A DNA stretch of 59,247 bases, filler included, from 5 parts of 5 records of this genome joined end to end with filler, not necessarily neighbours in it; one strand, 5' to 3'. Shown: positions 9,940-20,579, counted from the whole stretch's first letter. The notes: generated from the sequence alone by a model not told the origin. Program-made: numbers and translations.

Positions 9940-10956
9940 ATGACACGTCGCAAGTCAACTCGTTGCTTAAATTGTGGTTTTAATACCAGGGATGCCAATT
10001 ATTGTCCTAAATGTGGTCAGATAAACACGCACAAACGTATCTCAATCAGACAAATTCTAAAAGAGTTTTTAGGTGATTATTTTACATTTGATTCAAAGGT
10101 ATTTCGCAGTCTTTTTCCACTTGTTTTTAAACCAGGATATCTTACCAGAGAGTATACCTCAGGTCGTCGGGTTAGTTATATTTTGCCTCTCAGATTATAT
10201 ATATTTATTACGTTTATTTTCTTTTTTGTGCTCACGTTAAACAGCAAGATTGATCAAAAAAGCATGGATAATCCGGTAGCAATCCAGGATAATAATAATG
10301 CTGTTAAAGATTCCTTAACTATTGTTTTAAATAAATATAGTTATTTAATTTCAAATGAAATCAGGGATGAAATTATTACAAAATATGATTCAGCTTATGC
10401 TATTAGTAAAAGAAATGGGCAAAATCATAATAGATTATTTATTGGTTCTGATGATAGTACATCATCAGAGCGTAAAGTGACCATAAATTTTAGTTCTGAG
10501 GATTCTACATCCGTTCATAACAAGTTGATGACATATCTTGAAAACAAGGTAAAATATCTTTCGAGTAAAGGGAGCGAAGGTGAGAAGCTGTTTGGAAAAG
10601 AGATGATTAATCAAATTCCAAAGGTATTATTTATACTTTTGCCGGTATTTGCTTTGATTTTAAAACTATTATTTATCCGGCATAAAATCTATTACCTCGA
10701 ACACATGGTATTTTCTCTGCATTTTCATACGTTCATTTTTTTGTTTTTAAATTTAGCTGTCCTGTTTCCGTATTGGTATATAATATATCCAACACTTTTG
10801 GGTGCCATGCTTTATTTGTTTACAGCAATTCGTAAGTTTTATCAACAAACTTTTTGGAAGACAGTTGTTAAAATAAATATCTTAATGATACTGTATATGA
10901 TGTGCCTGATCCCTGCATTTATTGGCCTGGTTTTTTTGGCTGTAATAAGTGTTTGA
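9940..10956 (+). CDS. DUF3667 membrane protein with N-terminal zinc ribbon
   Basis: CLNCG...YCPKCGQ, DSKVFRSLFPLVFKPGYLTREYTSGRRVSYILPLRLY, YYLEHMVFSLH and several TM helices. Confidence 0.85.
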   Translation: MTRRKSTRCLNCGFNTRDANYCPKCGQINTHKRISIRQILKEFLGDYFTFDSKVFRSLFPLVFKPGYLTREYTSGRRVSYILPLRLYIFITFIFFFVLTLNSKIDQKSMDNPVAIQDNNNAVKDSLTIVLNKYSYLISNEIRDEIITKYDSAYAISKRNGQNHNRLFIGSDDSTSSERKVTINFSSEDSTSVHNKLMTYLENKVKYLSSKGSEGEKLFGKEMINQIPKVLFILLPVFALILKLLFIRHKIYYLEHMVFSLHFHTFIFLFLNLAVLFPYWYIIYPTLLGAMLYLFTAIRKFYQQTFWKTVVKINILMILYMMCLIPAFIGLVFLAVISV

Positions 10957-11028
10957 GATATAGTGGCATTGAAACAAGTAAATTTATACTAACAGCACAA
11001 TTATTTTAAGCGGAGAGGAGACAAGTGC

Positions 11029-11517
11029 TTGAAGAAAATTGTCTGGTATTTGTCAAGTTTTTTAATGTTAGCGAATTCTGCTCTATCTCATGAGTTTCAG
11101 GATGAATTGAATTCAAAAAATGGTATTGGATTTGTTGCAGGGATTCCATTTACAATAGCCCTCACTTATGACCGATCAATCAGTTCACATCTTTCTATTC
11201 AAACTCATATTGGAAGCGTGATTAAGATGAGTTCCATTGGGCTTAGAATGAAATGGGCGTATGGAACCTGTGGTTTATCATCTTATTTATTTTTTGGTGA
11301 CGTCTTGATTGATATGGTGGCCGAAGATTATGGTGATCCGGATGGTATTACTCATTACTTTTGGTTTGGTCCGGGTTTGGTTTTATCAAATCAACGATTT
11401 CAGGCTTTTGTGGAAGTGTGTGGATTAGCAGGAGGGAATGAAAATAAAGGTATAGGTGCTGATTGGATATTTCCTTTTGATCCAGCCATTGGTGGAGGTT
11501 TGATTTTTCGATTTTAA
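11029..11517 (+). CDS. Hypothetical exported small beta-barrel protein
   Basis: GAGGAG RBS, signal peptide, Gly/aromatic alternating strands, C-terminal GGGLIFRF ending in Phe. Confidence 0.55.
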   Translation: MKKIVWYLSSFLMLANSALSHEFQDELNSKNGIGFVAGIPFTIALTYDRSISSHLSIQTHIGSVIKMSSIGLRMKWAYGTCGLSSYLFFGDVLIDMVAEDYGDPDGITHYFWFGPGLVLSNQRFQAFVEVCGLAGGNENKGIGADWIFPFDPAIGGGLIFRF

Positions 11518-11612
11518 AAAATTACAGCATAGGCAATTATATCCCACACACAAGCATTCTGAAATAATGATTTGTAACACGTAAATTTATTAGTGTTTTC
11601 TGAACAACTTTA

Positions 11613-12083
11613 GTGGATAAATCTTTTAATATGAAACAGATAGTAAAATTTATTCTGGATGAGAATTACAGTAAAGATTTATGGGCGGAATCCAGAACGT
11701 GCCATGTCTGGATAGTGGAATCAGAAAATAACACACCTAAAATTAAAGATGTCTGGGAAAGAGACGATGATTATTCACAGTTAAAAGGTGTCACTTCAAT
11801 CGCCAATATAAAAGACAAAGTGGAAACGTTTTATGAATATTTGGGTACGATTGATATACATCATGATGGCGATTACCCTGATATTGAAGAATGGAAAATA
11901 ATAAAAGTAATGGGCCTGGAAATAGAGGTGGTCGATAAAGATCGAATAGAAAACGAATTAGAAACCAGGGTGAACATCAGAAAAACAAACGACGGTTTTT
12001 GGATCATCAAAGTGTTTAAAAAGTATAAACCGGAATGGCTAGCAAAAATTCATTATAGCACATTGTCGGATGAGTTATTCTAA
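11613..12083 (+). CDS. Hypothetical protein
   Basis: Acidic 156-aa ORF on the same strand as its neighbours. No family recognised. Start may be ATG 11631. Confidence 0.5.
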   Translation: MDKSFNMKQIVKFILDENYSKDLWAESRTCHVWIVESENNTPKIKDVWERDDDYSQLKGVTSIANIKDKVETFYEYLGTIDIHHDGDYPDIEEWKIIKVMGLEIEVVDKDRIENELETRVNIRKTNDGFWIIKVFKKYKPEWLAKIHYSTLSDELF

Positions 12084-12328
12084 ACTTATTTGGGTGCATG
12101 ACCAATTATTAATACAAGCAGGATGGATATCCCAATTAGTCAAACTAATTTTGGGATGATAAATGGATTTATCAAGTTATCCGGGGTAATTCGTTTTTTA
12201 TTGAGATGCTTTTATCATTGTAAGTTCACTCTTCATCTAAACTATAAAAAAATATTAACAGGAATAGCGCAATGCAAATTAATTGTTTTGATTAAAATTA
12301 GAGAAATTCCACAAAAGGAGCGATTTAT

Positions 12329-13174
12329 ATGAAAATTGCTGTCACTTCAGCCAGTGGAAATTTGGGAGCTGCCATTATAAAGCAGCTCTTGTATTATCAG
12401 GATCACAATGATGTTATTGCCATAGCACGAACGCCGGAAAAAGCAAAATTTTTAGGTGTTACAGCACGAAAAGGGGATTATAATAACAAAGGGGATTTTG
12501 AAACGGCACTGCAGGATGTAGATACTCTTTTACTTGTTTCTGGCATGGATGCGCCGGATAAACGCGTTTTGCAGCATAGAAATGTTATAAATGCGGCACA
12601 GGAAGCAGGTGTCCAAAAAATTGTTTATACAAGTATTATAGGAGAGGAAAGCGGTCATGCCTTTTCACCCATTATTTCCAGCAACAGACAAACAGAAAAC
12701 GATATTCAAAATAGTGGGTTGGATTGGGTCATCGGCAGGAATGGATTGTATATTGAACCGGATATCGACTATCTTGACCATTATATCAAAGATGGTAAAA
12801 TTACCAATTGCGCGGTTGATGGTAAATGCGCTTATACAACCAGAGATGAATTGGCCTACGCTTACTGTAAAATGCTTATGGAAGATAAGAATAATGGACA
12901 GATATACATCCTGGCAGGAGAACCTATCACGCAGCAACAATTAGTAGATTATATAAATGAGGCTATGGGTACACATCTTTTCTATGAATCCATGAGTGTT
13001 GAAGATTATAAAGCCAGTCGCTCTGCTGAACTGGGAGAGTTTATGGGGACCATCATTAGCGGTATTTACGAGAGTATTCGATCCGGTGGAATGGATGTGA
13101 ATTCTGATTTTTTAAAAGCTGCAGGCAGAGAGCATATCTCCTGGGATGAGTATTTTAGAGAGTTGAAAAAGTAA
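12329..13174 (+). CDS. NmrA-like/atypical SDR NAD(P)H-binding oxidoreductase (QorB/YtfG-like)
   Basis: MKIAVTSASGNLG, RTPEKA, GDYN, QHRNVINAAQEAGVQKIVYTS and RNGLY. AAGGAG RBS. Confidence 0.85.
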   Translation: MKIAVTSASGNLGAAIIKQLLYYQDHNDVIAIARTPEKAKFLGVTARKGDYNNKGDFETALQDVDTLLLVSGMDAPDKRVLQHRNVINAAQEAGVQKIVYTSIIGEESGHAFSPIISSNRQTENDIQNSGLDWVIGRNGLYIEPDIDYLDHYIKDGKITNCAVDGKCAYTTRDELAYAYCKMLMEDKNNGQIYILAGEPITQQQLVDYINEAMGTHLFYESMSVEDYKASRSAELGEFMGTIISGIYESIRSGGMDVNSDFLKAAGREHISWDEYFRELKK

Positions 13175-13277
13175 ATTTTATCTAATAATGTTTTAATACT
13201 AACGTTATCCAATTTAACAGAATCCGCAGGTGAAATACTTTTTATGGTGATTTAGAATATTCCACTCGGTTTATTTT

Positions 13278-14023
13278 ATGGTGCAAGTGACAAACATATC
13301 AAAACGTTTTCAAGAAGAGCAGGTCCTGCATAATTTTAATCTACGGATAGAATCCGGCCAGTTAACAGTCCTGATTGGTCCCAGTGGGTGTGGCAAGTCT
13401 ACGGTGTTAAAAATTATTATGGGATTGGTACAGCAGGATGACGGAACCGTTTCACTGGATCATAAAAAAGTTGTGCCAGCATCCATACAACAAATTCGCC
13501 TCAAAATGGGATATGTCATTCAGGAAGGGGATTATTTCCACATCTTACCGGTCGAAAAAATGTGACCCTTGTTGCTCACTATTTAGGTTGGTCTGAGTTA
13601 GATATCACAGATCGATTGGAATATCTGTGTGATCTTGTTCAGTTACCCATAGATATGCTGGAAAAGTATCCAAATCAGCTGTCCGGTGGTCAACGTCAGC
13701 GGATCAGCCTGATGAGAGCCTTAATGCTAGATCCGGATGTGCTATTGCTGGACGAACCGTTGGGTGCACTGGATCCATTGATTCGTTCTGATTTGCAGCA
13801 GGATTTAAAGGTCATCTTTCAAAAACTTGGCAAAACCGTTCTGTTGGTTACTCACGACATGGGAGAAGCCGCCTATTTTGGCGATCACATCGTGTTGATG
13901 CGACATGGTGAAATCGTGCAACAAGGTAAACTCGAAGAGCTAGTTCACAAGCCCCTGGATCCGTTTGTGACCCGTTTTATCAAAGCCCAAAAAAGTCCTC
14001 TTGATACTTTAACAGGGATCTGA
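13278..14023 (+). CDS. ABC transporter ATP-binding subunit, OpuA/ProV/EgtV-like (split by a 1-nt frameshift)
   Basis: Walker A GPSGCGKS in ORF 13278-13565. LSGGQRQR, LLLDEP and VTHD in ORF 13562-14023. Adding one G to GGGG at 13527-13530 restores QEGGLFPHLTGRKNVTL. Confidence 0.88.
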
Positions 14024-15522
14024 TGATGCGTCGACTATTCACAACAGTTCTGCTAATTCTTTTTTTATCGATTCAGTCTGCCTTTACTGCAGATTCCTCC
14101 CTATCCATAAAAATAGGTTCGAAAAAATTTACTGAAAACATCATTCTTGGCGATATTGTCACGCTTATCTCTGAAAATCTTGGCTATCAGACAACTCATC
14201 GCCGGCAACTGGGTGGAACCAGAGTTCTGTGGAATGCACTTATTAAAGGTGAAATTGATATTTATCCGGAATACAGTGGCACAATCCAAAGGGAAATCCT
14301 GCAATCAAGAGAACTTTTTAATGATGTAGAAATGACCCGAATTCTGTCGGATTATGGGATTTCCATTAGCCCACCTTTGGGATTTAATAACACCTATGCC
14401 ATTGGCGTTAAACATCGTCTTGCGGAACAACTGGGTCTTGAAAAAATATCTGATTTGCGCGATCATGCAGAACTGGTTTTTGGGTTTACAAACGAGTTTG
14501 TGGATCGACAAGATGGCTGGCCCGGATTAAAACAGCTCTATCAATTGCCGCAACAACATGTGCGAGGTCTGGATCATGATTTGGCGTATCGTGGTATAGA
14601 GAGTGGTGCTATTCATGTTATCGATATGTATTCAACGGATGCAGAAATCAAATACTATAACCTGAAGGAATTACAGGACGATCTTGGCTATTTCCCGGAT
14701 TATGATGCTGTCTATTTATATCGCACAGAATTAACAGAGCAGGCACCTGATCTTGTTGAGCAATTAAAAATACTATCCGCGCGGATTTCAGAAGGGGATA
14801 TGATTGAAATGAATGCCCGGGCTAAATTGGACAAAGTGCCTGAAAAGCGTATTGCCGCTGAGTTTTTAAAAAATCATTTTTCCCTGAACGTTCAGTCAAA
14901 ACGACCCGGGATCTGGCAGCGATTGTGGTTTAACACAAAAGCTCATTTGTTCCTGGTATTCGTGTCATTGTCTGCAGCGATTTTTATTGCCATTCCACTG
15001 GGAATTACAGCTGCCAGGTTTTCACGACTCGAAAAGATTATTTTAGGTCTTGTCGGTGTCATTCAAACGATTCCTTCTCTGGCTTTGTTGGTGTTCATGA
15101 TTCCTCTTCTTGGCATTGGTGGACCTCCTGCTATTGTGGCGCTTTTTCTTTACAGTTTGTTGCCCATAGTACGCAATACCTACACCGGAATTCACGATAT
15201 TGCTCAACCCATTCAGGAATCAGCTATGGCTCTGGGACTGCCGGCATGGACACGATTGAAATGGATTGAATTACCTTTGGCATCCCGTTCCATACTTGCC
15301 GGGATAAAAACGTCAGCCGTAATAAATGTGGGAACAGCCACTCTTGGTGCCTTGATCGGTGCCGGTGGATATGGCCAACCCATATTAACGGGAATCCGTC
15401 TGGATGATACAAGTCTCATATTACAGGGAGCCGTACCGGCAGCGCTGCTGGCATTATTTGTACAATGGTTTTTTGATTTAACCGAATTTCTTTTCGTTCC
15501 AAAAGGTTTACGCGTTGCCTGA
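14023..15522 (+). CDS. Fused substrate-binding + permease subunit of a betaine-type ABC importer (OpuC/OsmF/EgtU-like)
   Basis: IGSKKFTENIILG, DIYPEYSGT, GFNNTYA, EFVDRQDG and YFPDYDA in the N-terminal binding domain. QTIPSLAL, LLPIVRNTYTG and an EAA-like ESAMALG loop in the C-terminal permease. Confidence 0.9.
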   Translation: MMRRLFTTVLLILFLSIQSAFTADSSLSIKIGSKKFTENIILGDIVTLISENLGYQTTHRRQLGGTRVLWNALIKGEIDIYPEYSGTIQREILQSRELFNDVEMTRILSDYGISISPPLGFNNTYAIGVKHRLAEQLGLEKISDLRDHAELVFGFTNEFVDRQDGWPGLKQLYQLPQQHVRGLDHDLAYRGIESGAIHVIDMYSTDAEIKYYNLKELQDDLGYFPDYDAVYLYRTELTEQAPDLVEQLKILSARISEGDMIEMNARAKLDKVPEKRIAAEFLKNHFSLNVQSKRPGIWQRLWFNTKAHLFLVFVSLSAAIFIAIPLGITAARFSRLEKIILGLVGVIQTIPSLALLVFMIPLLGIGGPPAIVALFLYSLLPIVRNTYTGIHDIAQPIQESAMALGLPAWTRLKWIELPLASRSILAGIKTSAVINVGTATLGALIGAGGYGQPILTGIRLDDTSLILQGAVPAALLALFVQWFFDLTEFLFVPKGLRVA

Positions 15523-15565
15523 ACGGTAACAAAAAAAGGATATTAAAAATAGTCAGGATGACTTT

Positions 15566-16573
15566 ATGCTTGATAAAACAGGTTTAGAAATCCAGAGCAA
15601 AACTAATACTCTGATCGAAAATATTCATTCGGATTTTGCAGACGATATAATCAAGGGATTAGGTGCCACTGAAAAGAGTATTCCCAGTGTTTATTTTTAT
15701 GATGAGGTTGGTTCACAGTTGTTTGAAGAGATTTGTCAGCTACCCGAGTATTATCTGACACGATCAGAAACAGAAATTCTGAAAAAGCACTCAGCCGAGA
15801 TTGCTACACTTGCTTCTCAGGAATCAACTCTGGTTGAACTGGGTAGCGGTAGTTCCATTAAAACCCGGTATTTAATTAAAGCTTTTCTTAATCAATATGA
15901 ACATGTGGAATATGTACCCATAGATGTTTCGGAATCCATACTTGAAGAAAGCGCACATGTATTAAAAAGATTGTATCCCGATCTGTCTGTCAAACCTGTT
16001 GTTGCCCGTTATGAGGATGGTTTGGCACAAACTGAGTGCCTGGAAAATCCAAGATTGATTATCTGGCTCGGGTCAAGTATCGGAAACCTGCCTAAAAAAG
16101 AAGCGGCCAGGTTTTTGAGGGACATCTCATATTCGCTTTCCTCTTCCGATCAGATACTGATTGGAATTGACCTGCTTAAAGATAAAAAAACATTGGAAAG
16201 AGCCTATAACGATGCGGCAGGTGTTACAGCAGAATTTAACCTGAATCTCTTGTCGCGAATCAATAATGAACTAGGCGGTCAGTTCGATCTCAAAAAATTC
16301 AGACATATAGCTATTTTAAATGAGGATAAAGGTTGTATTGAAATGTATCTGCAAAGCACGTGTTCGCAAACTGTGCCCATAACTGATCTGGATCTTGATA
16401 TCTCATTTACCAAAAATGAACTGGTTCATACGGAGAATTCACATAAATACACCCTGAATGAAATCGAAAATCTAGCAAAATGTGCTGGAATGATTCTGAA
16501 AAAACAATGGTTCGATTCAAAGAGGTGGTTTGCTTTGAACCTGTTTGTTTTTAATAATAACGGCAAGGAATAA
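15566..16573 (+). CDS. egtD: L-histidine N-alpha-trimethyltransferase (hercynine synthase)
   Basis: YFYDEVGSQLFEEICQLPEYYLTRSE, LVELGSGSSIKT, GSSIGNL, AYNDAAGVTAEFNLNLL and HTENSHKY are diagnostic Methyltransf_33/EgtD motifs. Confidence 0.92.
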   Translation: MLDKTGLEIQSKTNTLIENIHSDFADDIIKGLGATEKSIPSVYFYDEVGSQLFEEICQLPEYYLTRSETEILKKHSAEIATLASQESTLVELGSGSSIKTRYLIKAFLNQYEHVEYVPIDVSESILEESAHVLKRLYPDLSVKPVVARYEDGLAQTECLENPRLIIWLGSSIGNLPKKEAARFLRDISYSLSSSDQILIGIDLLKDKKTLERAYNDAAGVTAEFNLNLLSRINNELGGQFDLKKFRHIAILNEDKGCIEMYLQSTCSQTVPITDLDLDISFTKNELVHTENSHKYTLNEIENLAKCAGMILKKQWFDSKRWFALNLFVFNNNGKE

Positions 16574-16655
16574 TTTTTTAGAATTGTTATGAATACGTCA
16601 GAGTACTGAAATTAGCATTAGGTCGATAATGATAAACATAAAGTCGAGGTGAGTT

Positions 16656-17297
16656 TTGTTAGCAGCGAATGAAAAAAAAGCCATATGTGGAATTTGTCCC
16701 GCAGGTTGCTGGGTCATTGTTGATTATGATAACAAGGGGAAACTGAATCATGTTCGTCCTGATGATACGTCTGATTTGGGTATGATCTGTACTTTGGGCG
16801 AACATTCAGCAGATATCGTCTATTCCAAAGACCGGTTACAATACCCCATGCGCCGCAAAGGGAGCAAAGGAACATATGATTTTGAGCGGATTTCATGGGA
16901 AAACGCCTATGATATTATTGTACAACAATTAAATAAAATTAAAAAGGAATCGGGACCAGAGGCGACAGGTATTTACACGGGCCGGGGAAGTTTCGAATTA
17001 GCCATGTGTGATATCTATCAGCCAAAAGGTGTGGCGGTCTCATCTGCATCCAGTGTGCTTTTTCCGTTTGGTTCCCCTAATACATTTGGTGTTGGCGCAC
17101 TTTGTTATGTTTCTTTTGCCATGATCGCGCCACACGTCACTATGGGCGGGATGCTGATCAATATGTTTTCCAACATCGAGAATGCCGAACTGGTCGTTGT
17201 ATGGGGCGCAAATCCGGCTACTGACTGTCCTCCTTTGGATTATCAGCGTATTCTTAGAGCCAGGGACAAGGGTGCCGAGGTTGTGGTGATCGACCCC
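16656..17297 (+). CDS. Mo/W-bisPGD oxidoreductase, N-terminal part (candidate metallopterin-dependent ergothioneine synthase), truncated by contig end
   Basis: [4Fe-4S] motif CGICPAGC...ICTLG, DRLQYPMRR, FERISWENAYD, GALCY, VVWGANPAT and VVIDP. GAGGTGA RBS. Lies directly after egtD. Confidence 0.8.
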
Positions 17298-17397
17298 NNN
17301 NNNNNNNNNNNNNNNNNNNNNNNNNNNNNNNNNNNNNNNNNTTAATTAATTAANNNNNNNNNNNNNNNNNNNNNNNNNNNNNNNNNNNNNNNNNNNN
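17298..17397. other. Artificial contig spacer
   Basis: 44 N + TTAATTAATTAA (stops in all six frames) + 44 N. Confidence 0.98.
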
Positions 17398-17571
17398 TCT
17401 CCAGCTAAAAATCTCTTCATTGAAAACACTTGGGTCTTCAGATTTTCCACCGACCATCAAAATAAATCCAATAATAATGATGACAAATCCAATAACAAGT
17501 AACTTGTAATTTTCTTTGCCGATTGCAAAGTCTGGTTGTTGTTGCACTTTTTGAGTCTTTTCTTTATTCAT
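17398..17571 (-). CDS. DUF3098 small membrane protein (partial)
   Basis: FAIGKENYKLLVIGFVIIIIGFILMVGG...FNEEIFSWR. Usual position downstream of Bacteroidota ftsX. Confidence 0.82.
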
Positions 17572-17575
17572 TATA

Positions 17576-18454
17576 TTAAATGTATAAGTTGTCTTTTTTA
17601 ATATTTAGATATTTATTTACAGCAAAATAGGTAGAAATAAATGTAATTAATATTCCCAACAACAATATTCCGGCAAATAAGATTAGGACTAACTGTAGTC
17701 CTTCCAGAATAAATATTTCACTGTATTCTTTTCTTGATATGTATAACAATCCGGTTATCAATAAAATTGAGATGAGTGCTCCGTAAGAACCATGAAGAAA
17801 ACTTTTTAATAAAAATGGTTTTCTAATAAAATTTCGTGATGCACCAACCAACTGCATTGTCCTAATTAAAAATCTTTTTGAATAGATAGATAATCGGATT
17901 GTATTATTGATTAAAACAATAGAAACAAAGAACAATAAGCTACTAAATATTAAAATTATAAAGCTAATTTTTCGAATATTCTCATTTACCGCATGAACCA
18001 ATGATTCTTGGTAGGTAACTTCTTTTATTATTGAATAGTTTTTAAAATCTGCCTCAATTTTTTGTATACTATCGTTATTGGCATATTGGGCATATAATTT
18101 AACATCAATGGAAACGGGCAGTGGATTATACCCTAGAAACTCCACAAAATCTTCACCCAGGGCTTCTTTATATTCCCTAGCCGCTTCTTCTTTTGTTACG
18201 TACTTTGTAGATTTTACGTATTCTTTTGCATCCAACAGCTTTTGCAGGCGGATAGTCTCTACCTCGTTAACTTCTTCTTTAACAATTATTGAGAAACCTA
18301 TATTTTCTTTTACGTAATCAGAAATCTTTTTTGCATTAAGAACAAGCAACCCCACCATGCCTACAAGAAAAAGCACCAAAGAAATACTTATGATAGAAGT
18401 AGCATAAGAACTTCTGAGCCTGCTTTTTGAGATTTTTGATTCTTGTCCCTTCAT
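17576..18454 (-). CDS. ftsX: Cell division permease FtsX
   Basis: ISISLVLFLVG, FLGYNPLP and LINNTIRLSIYSKRFLIRTMQLVGA...FIRKPF. Confidence 0.92.
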   Translation of the reverse strand: MKGQESKISKSRLRSSYATSIISISLVLFLVGMVGLLVLNAKKISDYVKENIGFSIIVKEEVNEVETIRLQKLLDAKEYVKSTKYVTKEEAAREYKEALGEDFVEFLGYNPLPVSIDVKLYAQYANNDSIQKIEADFKNYSIIKEVTYQESLVHAVNENIRKISFIILIFSSLLFFVSIVLINNTIRLSIYSKRFLIRTMQLVGASRNFIRKPFLLKSFLHGSYGALISILLITGLLYISRKEYSEIFILEGLQLVLILFAGILLLGILITFISTYFAVNKYLNIKKDNLYI

Positions 18455-18510
18455 ATTGCCATGATTTCAAGCTGCGAAGATAAATATTTTAATGGAATTT
18501 ACGCTCTGCG

Positions 18511-20309
18511 CTAAGCTTTTGCCTGACGTTTCCTGTCGTTCTCATCCAATAGAATTTTACGTAACCGGATGGACTGAGGTGTTACTTCAACATATTCATC
18601 TTCTTGTATATATTCCAACGCTTCTTCAAGGCTAAATTTTATTGCTGGAGCCAGTTTTGCTTTTTCATCAGAGCCGGCAGCACGTACGTTGGTTAATTTT
18701 TTCGATTTTGTAACATTTAATCCCAAATCTCCCGGACGGGTATTTTCTCCAACAACCTGTCCGGCATATATTTCTTCTTGTGGATTAATAAAAAACTTAC
18801 CTCTATCCTGGAATTTATCCAATGCATAGGCAAAAGCAGTTCCTTTTTCAATGGCTATTAGCGAACCATTTTGTCTTTTTTCGATAGGCCCTTTAAATGG
18901 CTCAAAATCTTTAAATCGGTGTGCCATTATTGCTTCACCAGCTGTAGCTGTTAAAATTTGGTTTCGTAAACCAATAATACCACGAGATGGAATAGTAAAT
19001 TCAAGCTGAACTCTTTCACCTTTTTTTTCCATGGATTGTAGCTCACCTTTTCTTTTGTTACAAGTTCAATGGCTTTTCCCGAAATATCGTCAGGAACATC
19101 AATGGTTAGATTCTCTACAGGTTCGTGTTTTTGCCCATCAATTTCTTTAATGATTACCCTGGGTTGGCCAACTTGTAGCTCATATCCTTCACGTCTCATG
19201 GTTTCAATTAAAACAGACAAGTGCAAAACACCCCTTCCATAAACATTAAAAGAATCTGCAGAATCTGTTTCTTCAACGCGAAGTGCCAGGTTTTTCTCAA
19301 GTTCTCGTTCCAGTCGCTCAAGAATATGGCGAGAAGTAACATATTTCCCTTCTTTACCGAAAAATGGAGAATCATTTACGGTAAATAGCATGCTCATTGT
19401 TGGTTCATCAATAGCAATTGTTGGAAGTGCTTCCGGGTTTTCAATATCTGCAACGGTGTCTCCAATATCGAAAGAGTCTAAACCAACCAAGGCACATATA
19501 TCTCCCGATTCTGCTTTTTCAACTTTTTTCTTACTAAGTCCTTCGAAAAGGAATAATTCTTTTATTTGGGTTTTAACTACACTTTTATCTCGTTTAACCA
19601 AACCTATTCGTTGTCCTTCTTTTAATTCCCCTCTATGAAGACGGCCAATGGCAATCCTGCCTACATAAGAAGAATATTCAAGCGAAGTAATCAACATTTG
19701 TGGAGTACCTTCTTTTTCAGGGGCGGGTATTGTTTCAATTATTGTATCCAGCAAAAAGCTAATATCGTCTGTAGGATTTTTCCAATCTTCTCCCATCCAA
19801 CCATTTTTTGCCGATCCATAAGCAGCTGGAAATTCAAGTTGATCTTCATTCGCATCCAATTCAAACATTAAATCGAAAACTGATTCATGAACTTCGTCAG
19901 GACGGCAATTTGGCTTATCAACTTTATTAATAACAACTACTGGTTTTAAGCCAATTTCTATTGCTTTTTTTAGTACAAACCGTGTTTGCGGCATGGGGCC
20001 TTCAAATGCATCAACCAAAAGCAGGGCACCATCTGCCATATTTAATACACGTTCTACTTCTCCTCCAAAATCGGCGTGACCAGGAGTATCTATAATGTTT
20101 ATTTTTATCCCTTTGTAAGTAACAGAAACATTTTTAGATAAAATTGTTATCCCCCTCTCTCTTTCTAAATCATTGCTATCCATAATAAGATCACCAGGAT
20201 TTTCATTGTCTCTAAATAATTTGCATTGATGCAAAATTTTATCAACAAGTGTTGTCTTTCCATGATCTACGTGCGCAATAATCGCTACATTCCTAATATC
20301 TTGTTCCAT
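18511..20309 (-). CDS. typA: Translational GTPase TypA/BipA (1-nt frameshift near 19053-19056)
   Basis: [28 protein letters not shown] and GRGVLHL. The C-terminal part in ORF 18511-19032 has [19 protein letters not shown]. One added A restores [11 protein letters not shown]. Confidence 0.93.
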
Positions 20310-20329
20310 TCTTTTAAAAATTGAGCCTG

Positions 20330-20337
20330 CAAAAGTA
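20330..20337 (-). promoter_or_regulatory. Bacteroidota sigma-A -7 element for typA
   Basis: TACTTTTG(C) on the minus strand matches TAnnTTTG about 20 nt upstream of the typA ATG. Confidence 0.7.
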
Positions 20338-20551
20338 ATTTTATATTCTTAATTATGAAGCAGATGTTGTATTAATTAATTATGAATAAAGAAGTACTTC
20401 AAGTTCCTGAAGTTCTGATTGCCTAAAGTTTAAGGGATTGACAGATATTAACTTTAAATACGTAATTATTTTAGTTACTTTAGTCACTTCTTAATTCCTT
20501 GCAAACGAATAAAATGGGCAAAAGATATTTTTTTAGTTTCAGATAAATTTA

Positions 20552-20559
20552 TACTTTTG
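20552..20559 (+). promoter_or_regulatory. Bacteroidota sigma-A -7 element for the yceD-rpmF-plsX-fabH operon
   Basis: TACTTTTG(C) matches TAnnTTTG about 20 nt upstream of the GTG start at 20580. Confidence 0.7.
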
Positions 20560-20579
20560 CAGCGCTAAAATTTTAGGCT

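Noticed and set aside
12123-12332. 69-aa ORF upstream of the NmrA-like gene
   Set aside because: No RBS or recognisable motif. It covers the AT-rich promoter region and is probably spurious.
17342-17353. Repeated TTAATTAATTAA in N-runs (also 23541, 29833, 52588) as a biological repeat
   Set aside because: Identical 100-nt construct at every gap. It is an assembly linker with stops in all frames.
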